The notes under the pieces: generated by a model
Databases searched by the model: none
What the model was told of the DNA's origin: nothing
What the model saw: only the letters and a program-made list of their open reading frames with translations
Program-made: the position numbers and the translations under genes
In this document: piece by piece, positions 9,987 through 19,761 of the stretch
Layout of the letters: the number at the start of each line of letters is the position of its first letter
How positions within the stretch are numbered: the stretch's first letter is position 1
From: a virus
IMG/VR virus record: IMGVR_UViG_3300008108_000181
Coordinates: 1-64,000 of that record
Length of the DNA stretch: 64,000 nt
Strand: one strand, 5' to 3'

Positions 9987-11093
9987 TTAAGTGTCAAAAC
10001 GAATCAAAAAGTTTAAATCGTAATCAGGTAAATTCTTAATTGGGTTTGGTAGTTTTGCAATGGCAACCATATCACCATCATCATCATATAACCCAATTGT
10101 TGTGATATATGGTGCAAGATATGAGCCGGTTGGATCTATTGATGATGAATTATAATAATCATCCCATGTACCAACTTTGGTAGAATCGATAGAACCAGAG
10201 TAAAATCTTCTTTGGTTTATATCTTCTATTTCTTTTATTTTTACTGTCTTTGCAGGAGATACATTTAGGATTGGTGTTGTTTCAAAATAATAAGAACCAC
10301 TTAGAACAACATCAACTGCAGATGGATTTTGAGAGTAATTAAACTCTCCTGCTTTTACCGAAATAAGAACTTCGGTTTCATAAATAGTTTGAGTAGAACG
10401 ATATTCTAATTGATATGAATCTAAATCTTCAGTTGAGCCTGAATTAAACACAATTATACCTTCCGAATAAAATACATTACCATATGATAATGTTACTATA
10501 CCAATATCTTCAAAATCGAGTTGATATGTAAATTTTATAACACCGGTTTCAAAATCTATTGATATTACATAATAAGTTTCGGCATCACCATCATCAAGTA
10601 ATACTATTGCACCATTATTTAAATCAAAAGAAATAACATCTATATCGTATTCGTTACCACCTTGTTCAATTGTTAAAATAGCAAGTTCTGCATCAAATCT
10701 TGTAAAATTATAGGTGGGTATTGGATCAATTATATTACCAAACCCATCATCAACTAATTCAGAACCTTGATTTGTGGTTAACTTAACCGATTTCTTTTTA
10801 ATTTGTTCTCCAAATTTATTTCTATCGATATCAATTATATAAATCGTATCAGAAATATTTCTTTCACTAAGTATATCAGCTAAATTTTTATACGAACCAA
10901 ATGTGTTAAAAATATTACCATCAAGATTATTGTAATATTTGGATTTAACTGATTGATATAAAGATTGACTTACTTCCGATAAAGATGAAGTACTTGCAAG
11001 AGATGTAGGGTATACACTATCATCTACATTCCAAAGTTTGTATACTTGGAATTTTCGTTTAGTAATATTTGATTTTGGTATTGATTTTAACAT
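9987..11093 (-). CDS. Virion structural protein, tail-collar/baseplate-like
   Basis: C-terminal YITTIGLYDDDGDMVAIAKLPNPIKN resembles the I.EIGL....G.L.A.A motif of phage tail-collar fibre domains. Paralog of 11204..12409. Confidence 0.6.
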   Translation of the reverse strand: MLKSIPKSNITKRKFQVYKLWNVDDSVYPTSLASTSSLSEVSQSLYQSVKSKYYNNLDGNIFNTFGSYKNLADILSERNISDTIYIIDIDRNKFGEQIKKKSVKLTTNQGSELVDDGFGNIIDPIPTYNFTRFDAELAILTIEQGGNEYDIDVISFDLNNGAIVLLDDGDAETYYVISIDFETGVIKFTYQLDFEDIGIVTLSYGNVFYSEGIIVFNSGSTEDLDSYQLEYRSTQTIYETEVLISVKAGEFNYSQNPSAVDVVLSGSYYFETTPILNVSPAKTVKIKEIEDINQRRFYSGSIDSTKVGTWDDYYNSSSIDPTGSYLAPYITTIGLYDDDGDMVAIAKLPNPIKNLPDYDLNFLIRFDT

Positions 11094-11108
11094 AATATAT
11101 TCCTACTT

Positions 11109-11119
11109 TATATAAATAT
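11109..11119 (-). promoter_or_regulatory. Putative late promoter motif ATATTTATATA
   Basis: 16 nt upstream of the ATG at 11093. Confidence 0.6.
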
Positions 11120-11127
11120 ACTAAAAG

Positions 11128-11153
11128 AAAAAACCCCATATTACTATGGGGTT
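11128..11153 (-). terminator. Rho-independent terminator
   Basis: Hairpin AACCCCATA-GTAA-TATGGGGTT followed by a T-tract on the minus strand. Confidence 0.7.
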
Positions 11154-11203
11154 GAAACTCGTTAGAGTCAATCCTACGAGACTATCATAGGAGGGGTACT
11201 TTA

Positions 11204-12409
11204 TTAGAAATCAAGTTTTACTTTGATTAGAACTTCTTTATCAAATGATTTTGGAATTGGTTGTGATGTTTTTGCCACCGCAATCATTTCGTTTGCATCA
11301 TTGTATAAACCAACAGTTGTGATGAAAGTTTTTGGGTCTCTTTCAAAAGTTGATTCAGTAAATGAACCATCCGAACCAGTTGCAAATGTTGGGTTATTTG
11401 AGAAGTTAAATTCTCTATTAGTTGCTCTTACAAAGTAATGAGCAGTAGAAACATTTTCAGTTCTTCTAGCATCAAACTCAGCACCAAATTTAATTGCATT
11501 AAATAATTTAACATGATTTTTTTGTTCTGCCGAAGTTGATAGTGTTGGAGTTAAATCAGAACCTACTACTGATGCAATAGCAACTGGATTAAGAATCATT
11601 AAACCTTGGTCAGGATAGAATAATCCAAATCCTCGATTTGATGCATCCGTTGTTGAAACGATAGTTGCTTCTGAATCAGATCCTAAATTCAATGAACCAG
11701 ATGCAACAAAGAATACTCTACCTGCTTTACCAACCGTATCGGAGAATTTTTTACCTGAATCATCAATAAATGTAAATAAACCATTAGAACCGCTTAATGT
11801 CAATTCCCAGTTTCCAGCATCCATTTTTTCTTTGTATCGAGCTCGAGATATGTTGATTACATAAATATCAGATGAATCAACCCCACCGAGGGTAGTTCCA
11901 TCGGTGAATGTGAAAAATTCATCATCTTGTTCTAACAAAATAGAACGATATTGTGCATAAGTTGCTTTGGTAGCTAAAGTAGATAAAGATGATGAATCTA
12001 AACTTATTGAACCACTACCAAATTTATGACCGTACGCTACTGCAAATTGAACTTCTGCAGATGATGTTAGATTGAAATCGGTATTGTATACATTTAGATA
12101 ATAATTCGATGAACTTGCTGCGTTTTGAGTGGATGAAGTGAAAAATGTTTTAATATCACCACTATCTCCACTCCACATACCAGTTGTAACGATTTCAATT
12201 TTACCAGTTACTTGATCAAATTCTCCAAATCTTTTATAGATACCCGTGTTGATGTTTCCACCCTGAGCACCTAATTTATCACCACCGGTTAAGTATTGGT
12301 TGATAATTGTTGATAATTGCTCAGATGTTAAACTACCTTGTTGTGCGTTTAAATACGCAGCTAATTCTTGGGTTAAGTTAACACCGGCTTGTCCTGTAAT
12401 TTGTGCCAT
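11204..12409 (-). CDS. Virion structural protein, tail-collar/baseplate-like
   Basis: C-terminal FITTVGLYNDANEMIAVAKTSQPIPK. Shares EFN(F/Y)S.NP and DD.G...G.VFY motifs with 9987..11093. Confidence 0.6.
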   Translation of the reverse strand: MAQITGQAGVNLTQELAAYLNAQQGSLTSEQLSTIINQYLTGGDKLGAQGGNINTGIYKRFGEFDQVTGKIEIVTTGMWSGDSGDIKTFFTSSTQNAASSSNYYLNVYNTDFNLTSSAEVQFAVAYGHKFGSGSISLDSSSLSTLATKATYAQYRSILLEQDDEFFTFTDGTTLGGVDSSDIYVINISRARYKEKMDAGNWELTLSGSNGLFTFIDDSGKKFSDTVGKAGRVFFVASGSLNLGSDSEATIVSTTDASNRGFGLFYPDQGLMILNPVAIASVVGSDLTPTLSTSAEQKNHVKLFNAIKFGAEFDARRTENVSTAHYFVRATNREFNFSNNPTFATGSDGSFTESTFERDPKTFITTVGLYNDANEMIAVAKTSQPIPKSFDKEVLIKVKLDF

Positions 12410-12431
12410 ATCTTTTTAATTCCTCGTTTTA

Positions 12432-13061
12432 TTATCTTGGTTGTACATAGGATACTGTCACTGGAATTGATTGAGAACCACCAGTTTCGTTACCATATAC
12501 GGTTAAAGTTGTCTTAATTGTTGTAGTGATATTAGGATTTGGAATGAAAGTAAACGCCAATCCTCTTTCCACTGCTGCAGTTGTAGTGATTTCATCACCC
12601 AAGAATACTGGAATAGTTCCACTACCTGCTGCTAATCCAGAACCAACAATAGAACCTGCGTTTTTGTTAGCAAGAACCAAAGTGTATCCGGCTTGTGTAT
12701 TACCACTTGGAGATGTAGTTGGGGTAAGCGAAACCTGACCAGAGTTCTGATTAACAGAAATAGATGGTACACCGAATTCAACTTTAGGTATTTTAGTAGT
12801 ACCTTTAGGTAAGGTTACTAATTTATATCTCAACACTTGAGTTTCATCAGGAGATGCTTCCGTGATAGGAATAGCTCTGATTGCTGAATCATAATAAGCT
12901 GACCCAAGTGGATGATCTGGCGCATATAGAGTGTAATCGATTTCGTCATCACCCAATGCGAATTTTGTAATGTTTAAACCTTCTCCAGTTGCTAATTTCT
13001 CTCTACCCTTTTTTGTTAGGATAGCATCAACGGTAATTTCGGTATTATCTAAATAAGCCAT
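12432..13061 (-). CDS. Virion structural protein with tail-collar-fibre-like N-terminus
   Basis: AILTKKGREKLATGEGLNITKFALGDDEIDY resembles the LT..G...LA....IT..A.GD start of P2 gpH-type domains. Confidence 0.6.
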   Translation of the reverse strand: MAYLDNTEITVDAILTKKGREKLATGEGLNITKFALGDDEIDYTLYAPDHPLGSAYYDSAIRAIPITEASPDETQVLRYKLVTLPKGTTKIPKVEFGVPSISVNQNSGQVSLTPTTSPSGNTQAGYTLVLANKNAGSIVGSGLAAGSGTIPVFLGDEITTTAAVERGLAFTFIPNPNITTTIKTTLTVYGNETGGSQSIPVTVSYVQPR

Positions 13062-13086
13062 AGTTTTATTTCCTTTTTACTTTCAA

Positions 13087-13097
13087 TATATAAATAT
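13087..13097 (-). promoter_or_regulatory. Putative late promoter motif ATATTTATATA
   Basis: Upstream of 13061 and its AAAGGA SD. Confidence 0.6.
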
Positions 13098-13127
13098 AAG
13101 TATTTTTTAATTTTGTAATAATAATTC

Positions 13128-14153
13128 TTATTCAACAATCAATATTGGTTCTCCACTACCTCTACCAGTATCATTTACTCTTAATGTATTAGGGTTAGTT
13201 GTAAATGTCACTATTGGTGAACCACCATCAAGTGTTGTTGCTTGAGTTTGCTTTGAACCTCTAAAATAACTATTCTCTAGACCAGTTGTCAAATCGCCAA
13301 CATTTCGGTAGTGATATGGAAAATAACCATTTAATGGAGTTGCAGATACGATATTACCACCACTTGGTGTTGGAGTTTCTAATCCATCTGAACCAGTAAA
13401 TGGTAAGATTGTTACTTTATTTCTAAATAAAGTTCTTGTTACAAATTCTCTACCAAGTGATTCATCATTTGGATTTATGTTTTGTGGTATATCAACTTGG
13501 TAACTTTCTTTTACATTAAATATCTTTACTCTTTCTTTTATTGTATTTCCAAAGACATCTATATAAGTTCTTATTGAATGAGAACCACTACCAAATACAC
13601 CAAATCCTGCAACTGATATGGAATCTTTATCCATACCAACCTGAGTAAATGCATCTGATTCGTATTCACCAGTTAATGAGGAACCTAATTGGGCATCTAT
13701 GTTAAACACAATACCACCCATATCGGAACCTGAATTTACTGTCATAAATCCATATTGTGCAGAATCATCGGTAGTTCGATATGTACCTTCATAATCAGTT
13801 CGTTCACCACTTAATTGTGATACATCAGTATCAGTAATTGTACCTTCATATTGAGGATTTGTTACATCAAATGCAACATCTTGAACTACTGATAAAGTAA
13901 CTTCTTGTCCTTCACTTGTACCAATTATATTTACATTTTCTTGTGCATCAATAATTGTTTCATAATCACCCTTTTCAGAAGTTGGTTTTCTCCATTTTAC
14001 TTTACTTCTTTCTAAAATATGTGGTTCTATCAATAAACCCGAAGAAACTTTTGCTCTTGCCGGTACCAACGATTCCAAGGTATCGAATAACGATTTATCA
14101 ATAAAACGAACTAGTTGAATATATTCGTTAAAGTTTAACTCAAATCTTTGGAA
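13128..14153 (-). CDS. C-terminal part of a large baseplate wedge-like protein, apparently the frameshifted continuation of 14140..17658
   Basis: The frame is open upstream of the TTG at 14078 (FQRFELNFNEYIQLVRFIDKSLFDTLESLVPARAK) and overlaps the end of the previous ORF in the +1 frame. No ATG start. Confidence 0.6.
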   Translation of the reverse strand, partial: FQRFELNFNEYIQLVRFIDKSLFDTLESLVPARAKVSSGLLIEPHILERSKVKWRKPTSEKGDYETIIDAQENVNIIGTSEGQEVTLSVVQDVAFDVTNPQYEGTITDTDVSQLSGERTDYEGTYRTTDDSAQYGFMTVNSGSDMGGIVFNIDAQLGSSLTGEYESDAFTQVGMDKDSISVAGFGVFGSGSHSIRTYIDVFGNTIKERVKIFNVKESYQVDIPQNINPNDESLGREFVTRTLFRNKVTILPFTGSDGLETPTPSGGNIVSATPLNGYFPYHYRNVGDLTTGLENSYFRGSKQTQATTLDGGSPIVTFTTNPNTLRVNDTGRGSGEPILIVE

Positions 14154-17100
14154 AATTACCCAAAGATTTTAGAATATCCATATTAATCTCTTTTATTGGA
14201 GAGAAAAATAAACCTAATCTATCGGTATCTATTGGTGCAGTATCAAATGATTTTTTAGTGGCACGAGATTTATAATCAAGATTTACACCAAATATTGAAT
14301 CTGAATTTATTTCATTTCCTTCGAAATCATATTGAGTTTCAAATCTAAATTTATTACCAAAGTTAAATCCAGTTTGTGGTACTGTTGCAGTTACATCTCT
14401 ATCATATGGAGTGTAATTATATGGATATGCTGTTATTGATGTAAATCCACTTGCGACTGAAGATGTTTGATATGATTGAATATACGCAACATTCTTAATA
14501 TCAACATCTACACCACGATTTTTCGGATATTCAAAATCATTTCTAAATATCAAATCAATGGTAGATGCCGAAATATGATTACCATCTATACCATCAGCAA
14601 TTAAGGTGTGGTTATCAATTCGAGATTCAGATAATGCAGTTGTCCATAATCTAAATTCATCAATTGAACCAGTAAAGTATGGTTGTATACCACCAATATT
14701 TAGTTCCGAACCACTCTTCCACGAAGTTGAGCCGGTTGATAATAATAAACTAGATGAACCCTCATTTCTGATTCTGCCATTAAATCCTTCTTTTATATAA
14801 ACATCAAATAATTCATTACCATCACTTATAGTTTTATTTAATGTAATGTGATAATAATCATCATAAAATACGGGTACATAGTTAGTATAACTACTTGTTT
14901 CAACACCACTACCACTTATACTAAATTTAAGTCTTCCTAAATAATTTGAACCACTTTCAATTTCAAGTTTCCAACCATCAGTTTGAGCAATTACTTGATT
15001 TTGTTTTTCAGTTGTGTTAATTCTAAATTCTACTGAATTTGGATAATCACCATTAAACTCTTTCCAATCTACCGAAATTTGTGTTGTATCATTTAAATTC
15101 AATGCTGCTGTTCTATCTTCGAATGTGAATTTAGTAGTAGCATTTAATTGTGGATCTTGTGGTCCACCGAATTCCATGACAGTCAATAATGATGCAGGAA
15201 CACCATAACAAGCCATTGCAGCATGTAATGCTCTTTTAGTACCCTTATGTTTGTTTAGATATGGTAAGTTGTTTAGTAATCTTCTCCAAATTTCTTGTTG
15301 TCTATCTTTACCACTCATCGTGGAAATCTGAGTTCCATCTGAATGTTTGCCGAATGCATATTCCCATAGGAATTGTGATTTAACTCCCATATCAGCATCC
15401 CATCCAAGAGATTCTAACATATGGTAAATCAATTCATCCTTAATACCTATTTCGTATTTGTGTTCTAATTTTTTTGATTGTTGTAAACCTTTAGCGTAAG
15501 ACCAAAGGATATCAAAATGTTGACCAACCATATTGAAGAACAAGATAAACTCTTGTCCAGCATCATCATCTTGAATATGTTGTGGTAAATTATTTACAAG
15601 ATTAGATGTGTTGTTGTAATCATAATCTTCTGCAGATGTAATAATAGTATCGTACCAATCCAAAGCAACCGTAGCAGTTGATGAGGATAATTGAGTTCCA
15701 CCTGCACCTGGATATGTTAATCCATCGGTAGAAGAAGAAAAATATAAAAATTTTTCAAATGAATCAAAATCATTTTTTACTTTTGATATTTTATTAACAT
15801 ACGAATTAGCCTCATTTACAACAGTTAAAGAAGCAGTCCAATCGGTACCAATAGTTAAATTTTCATATTTTTCATTATAAAATTCTATGAGTTTTATTTT
15901 GTAAATAAAATTTTCTACTCTTTCCTTTGCGGAAGAATACTTTACAAAATTAGACCATCCCCAAGTATTATCACCATCAATCAAAAGTGAACCAGATTCT
16001 ACTTTAGGTGTAGATACAAATTGTATATTTAAATCAGTTAACGAAAATTCAGATGAAGATACAAACTGACCAATCAAGTCGGTAGATGTACTCGAACCAC
16101 TTGATATTAATTCATCAAGAATTTGATAACCAATATCATCACCCAAATCAACACTAAAGTTTGGAGTTAGTGGAGTACAATTATTTGCTATATCACCAAT
16201 AATAGAAATTTGTTCTATCATTGGTATTGATTGAACCTTGGAAATCCAAACTGTTTGATTTTCTTGTACTGAAGTTGGTAATGGTTCGTATAATTTTAAT
16301 ACTAATGATTTAGGTTGATTTAATTTTCTTCTAAATGCATTTCCTTCCGCATCAAATCCTTCATCATAAACAGAAAAAGTTTCAGTATCAACACCCCAAG
16401 TTGCAATTAATTTATTATCACCACCGCCAAAGTGTACATAATGTGTTAATAAATTTGAAATCTCATCTTTAAAGATGTTGGTATTAAAATTTCTATTAAA
16501 CGCTTCTCTAATATCAGAAACAACATTTCCTCTTTGTAATTTTAAATCACCTTTATCAAAAAGTATTTCAATTTCTTCAACAATACCTTCACTTAATTCA
16601 TCACCTTCAATATTTGTTGGTACTAATAAAAGTTTAAATTGTATTTTATCAGTATCTTCGTTAAAAGTTGATTTGGCCTTTTGTAATACGGTTTGAACAT
16701 TAAAAGTAGTTTTACCATTCGGTGAAAATCTACCCAATACAAATTCGGTATCTTTTTTACTTACATAGATATCAATATAATTCGTATTAATTGATTGCCA
16801 ACTAATATCAAAATCAACATTAAATCCAGCAAAATCCTTACCCTTAATCATTTCAGGGTAAGATATATTTGTAATATCAGGACCAGGTAAGAATGATTTA
16901 CTAATTACATTTATTGATATGGTTTGTAACGGTCCAATTCCACCTCGTATCGAAACTGGTTGTAAATATAAAGTATGTTGACCTATATATTGTAATTCTG
17001 TCTTTGTTAATTTTAACTCACCTGATTTTGGTAATTGTCTTTGTATTTTACCTAAAGACATTTGGACATAATCGGTAGGTGTCCCAAATTGAATAGCAGA

Positions 17101-17658
17101 ATCTAAAGTATCATAAGTCAGTTCATATGGAATACTTAATGGGTTCGAATCATTTATATTCCATTCGAAAGAAGGTTGAGTTACGACTAATTTAGGAGCA
17201 GTAATATTGGGAACATTATTTTTAGTAGTTGTTACTCCAATTAATATACTGCCTCCACCCAAATCGATTTGTAAATCTTGATCAACAAATGGTGTTTGAT
17301 TTGCAAATCGTGGATCAGTTAAATTAGCAGAGCCCTTTAATACTTTGATTTCACTTCTAAATTGTGTACCGATACTTTGTCTTTCGAATTTAATCCATTT
17401 GGAATCAGTTCTAAAGTTTACCGATTCTGAAATCAAACCCGTTTCAAATTCAGTAATATATCGAATAGAATTACCAACAAACACATCTGCATCAATACGA
17501 ATATCAGTCCCTATCACTGGTTGTGATAAATTTTCTTGTTGAGATGAAAAAGTAAATTGTATAGTTACATCAGGAGCATCGGTTGGATTAATAACGCGTA
17601 CCACTCCCTCATTTTCTTTAAAGATAGTTGTTTTATATGAAGTGGTAATTATAGTCAT
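14140..17658 (-). CDS. Large baseplate/tail structural protein with P2 gpI-like segment and LamG/concanavalin-like domain
   Basis: LPYLNKHKGTKRALHAAMACYG (tail protein I-like KGT motif) and FTGSIDEFRLWTTALS (LamG-like). Confidence 0.65.
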   Translation of the reverse strand: MTIITTSYKTTIFKENEGVVRVINPTDAPDVTIQFTFSSQQENLSQPVIGTDIRIDADVFVGNSIRYITEFETGLISESVNFRTDSKWIKFERQSIGTQFRSEIKVLKGSANLTDPRFANQTPFVDQDLQIDLGGGSILIGVTTTKNNVPNITAPKLVVTQPSFEWNINDSNPLSIPYELTYDTLDSAIQFGTPTDYVQMSLGKIQRQLPKSGELKLTKTELQYIGQHTLYLQPVSIRGGIGPLQTISINVISKSFLPGPDITNISYPEMIKGKDFAGFNVDFDISWQSINTNYIDIYVSKKDTEFVLGRFSPNGKTTFNVQTVLQKAKSTFNEDTDKIQFKLLLVPTNIEGDELSEGIVEEIEILFDKGDLKLQRGNVVSDIREAFNRNFNTNIFKDEISNLLTHYVHFGGGDNKLIATWGVDTETFSVYDEGFDAEGNAFRRKLNQPKSLVLKLYEPLPTSVQENQTVWISKVQSIPMIEQISIIGDIANNCTPLTPNFSVDLGDDIGYQILDELISSGSSTSTDLIGQFVSSSEFSLTDLNIQFVSTPKVESGSLLIDGDNTWGWSNFVKYSSAKERVENFIYKIKLIEFYNEKYENLTIGTDWTASLTVVNEANSYVNKISKVKNDFDSFEKFLYFSSSTDGLTYPGAGGTQLSSSTATVALDWYDTIITSAEDYDYNNTSNLVNNLPQHIQDDDAGQEFILFFNMVGQHFDILWSYAKGLQQSKKLEHKYEIGIKDELIYHMLESLGWDADMGVKSQFLWEYAFGKHSDGTQISTMSGKDRQQEIWRRLLNNLPYLNKHKGTKRALHAAMACYGVPASLLTVMEFGGPQDPQLNATTKFTFEDRTAALNLNDTTQISVDWKEFNGDYPNSVEFRINTTEKQNQVIAQTDGWKLEIESGSNYLGRLKFSISGSGVETSSYTNYVPVFYDDYYHITLNKTISDGNELFDVYIKEGFNGRIRNEGSSSLLLSTGSTSWKSGSELNIGGIQPYFTGSIDEFRLWTTALSESRIDNHTLIADGIDGNHISASTIDLIFRNDFEYPKNRGVDVDIKNVAYIQSYQTSSVASGFTSITAYPYNYTPYDRDVTATVPQTGFNFGNKFRFETQYDFEGNEINSDSIFGVNLDYKSRATKKSFDTAPIDTDRLGLFFSPIKEINMDILKSLGNFPKI

Positions 17659-17670
17659 TTATTATCGTAT

Positions 17671-18228
17671 TTATCGTTGTGCATTATTATCTTGTGAAGT
17701 ACCAGCTACAGCAAAAGCAGGTGTTCTAAACTGACCAGGAGTTATTTCAGTATCTCCTGCTCCCCCGGCCGATGTTTGTCCTGCTCCACCTCCTGCAGTT
17801 GCACCAATCACATTAGTCACTACTTCTGATGAAAGAATATATGTTTCTTGTGAATTGTTTGTACCATTAACTACCGTAATAATTTTGGGAGTTAGTAATT
17901 CAGTCTCTTCGAATTTCATAACATGAGGTGTAATAAAATTAGTATTAACCCCACCAAGTAAAATACTTGCACCATTTGGTGATGATGTTATAGTAAAAGA
18001 AATTGTTCTACTTGTAGGTACACTTGTAACCGCACCTGACGTATTAGTAACGGTGGTAGTGGTGGTTTCACCCGGTTGTCCTGACCCACCTCCACCTTCT
18101 TCACTATTCGAAAGACTTGCGGCATCTTGTTGAGTAGCTGTAAGTGGATTACTTGGATTGAATTGTCCTATTCCACCCCCTGCTCTAACATCTCCTACAC
18201 CAATATTTGAAACATCTACTACTGCCAT
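17671..18228 (-). CDS. Gly/Thr-rich virion protein with PEGA-like segment
   Basis: ITSSPNGASILLGGVNTNFITP resembles a PEGA domain. Late motif at 18245-18255. Confidence 0.5.
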   Translation of the reverse strand: MAVVDVSNIGVGDVRAGGGIGQFNPSNPLTATQQDAASLSNSEEGGGGSGQPGETTTTTVTNTSGAVTSVPTSRTISFTITSSPNGASILLGGVNTNFITPHVMKFEETELLTPKIITVVNGTNNSQETYILSSEVVTNVIGATAGGGAGQTSAGGAGDTEITPGQFRTPAFAVAGTSQDNNAQR

Positions 18229-18264
18229 TATCTTAATTTTATTTTATATAAATATTTTAATATT

Positions 18265-19761
18265 TTATTGTTGTGCCCCACGAGGTGCTGTACCCCCATC
18301 AATTCCAAATCCAGGACCTCTATACTGACCAGGATTTACTTCGATGAACCCTTCACCTGTTGCTGTGGTTTGGAATCCACTACCACCGCCACCGGTTGAA
18401 GTTGGTCCAAATGAACTACCATCTCCTCCTTGTTCTTCACGCGGTGGAGGTGGTGGTGGACTACCAGCTGGTTTTTGTGTTTCTCTAATATCACTTCCAT
18501 CTGATGTTTTAAGAGAACCTTCGTAGTATGATAAGGTAAATTTATCATATTCATTAAATTTTTGTAATTGGCCACCTGACGCATTTACATATCTAGCAGA
18601 TGAACCATCTTTCCAACCATACCAAGTTTTTGTTACAAGTTCGGTAGTGGGAGTTGGGTTAGCAGTTATTGTAGTGTTGGTTTCAAATACACAACTACCA
18701 TCATCTTCTTTTGCCAGAGGATTGTAGTTTTTAGCATTAGGATTGGTACAACCCCTTACAACAAATTGAGAATTATCAAATGCATCAGTATCATATTTGG
18801 TACCTGATGTAACTGTTTTTAGAAGTTGTTTTACTTCGTCTAAAGTTATTTGTTCATCTAATGTTAAAATATTCTCTTCTTGATATGTACGCTTCGGTAG
18901 ATATTTATCAATTACTTTTATCAAAATTGAATTTAAAGTTTCAACAATTTTTTCAACTGAAAGTTCTAAATCTCTTGGTGTGGAAAGTGGTTTCCCATAA
19001 TTGTTAGATGAAATGTTCCAGTCTCTATTTTCTACAAAGTATTGAGCACCTTCTACTAATTTTTCTTTAATTTGATTTACAAACAATTCCCAATTTTGTA
19101 CTTTGAATTCCGATTGAATTAATTTAACATAATTTTCACCAGATGTAACTGTACCATTTAATGTTAAAAATGTTTTTAATACATCATCAACTTTAATTGA
19201 TTCTACCATAGATTTTACAAAATAAATGGTATCATCTCTAAAATTTTTACCATTTAATAAAATATCTAATCTTTTTTGTAAATCATCATAAACTATTTCG
19301 TTTTCATCTTCCATTGGGAGAATACGAATTTCAGTACGAGATGGTGATATTTCATGAATCCATAATTTATCTTTATCAACCGTTTCAGAACCAACTCTTC
19401 GGTTTAATAAAGAAACTTGACTTTTAAAAATACCATTAGAATATCCGGCTTCAGTAATAAGTTTTTCTATATCAATAATATACTCATCTGCACCATTCAT
19501 TTTCATGTTTGATGGATTTTGAGTAATTAAAAAGTATTTTCTAATATTTTCTACATCTAAAGGAATGTATCTAACTAATTGTCCTGAATCACCTTGTGGT
19601 AATTGATTATCGTTTGAATCATAAACAATAAATTCAATCATATCAGATATACCAAGACCAAAGTATGATTTACCAATTTCTCTTTCAAAAATGGTTCTAT
19701 CTTTAGCGTTTACTCTAAACCCTTTTTTATCGATTATCTCTTTGAATCCTCTTATTGCCAT
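18265..19761 (-). CDS. Virion structural protein with a GCT(D/N)P..NY...A..DDGSC motif and Pro/Gly-rich tail
   Basis: EISPSRTEIR motif, GCTNPNAKNYNPLAKEDDGSCVF. Lies in the structural operon. Confidence 0.55.
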   Translation of the reverse strand: MAIRGFKEIIDKKGFRVNAKDRTIFEREIGKSYFGLGISDMIEFIVYDSNDNQLPQGDSGQLVRYIPLDVENIRKYFLITQNPSNMKMNGADEYIIDIEKLITEAGYSNGIFKSQVSLLNRRVGSETVDKDKLWIHEISPSRTEIRILPMEDENEIVYDDLQKRLDILLNGKNFRDDTIYFVKSMVESIKVDDVLKTFLTLNGTVTSGENYVKLIQSEFKVQNWELFVNQIKEKLVEGAQYFVENRDWNISSNNYGKPLSTPRDLELSVEKIVETLNSILIKVIDKYLPKRTYQEENILTLDEQITLDEVKQLLKTVTSGTKYDTDAFDNSQFVVRGCTNPNAKNYNPLAKEDDGSCVFETNTTITANPTPTTELVTKTWYGWKDGSSARYVNASGGQLQKFNEYDKFTLSYYEGSLKTSDGSDIRETQKPAGSPPPPPPREEQGGDGSSFGPTSTGGGGSGFQTTATGEGFIEVNPGQYRGPGFGIDGGTAPRGAQQ

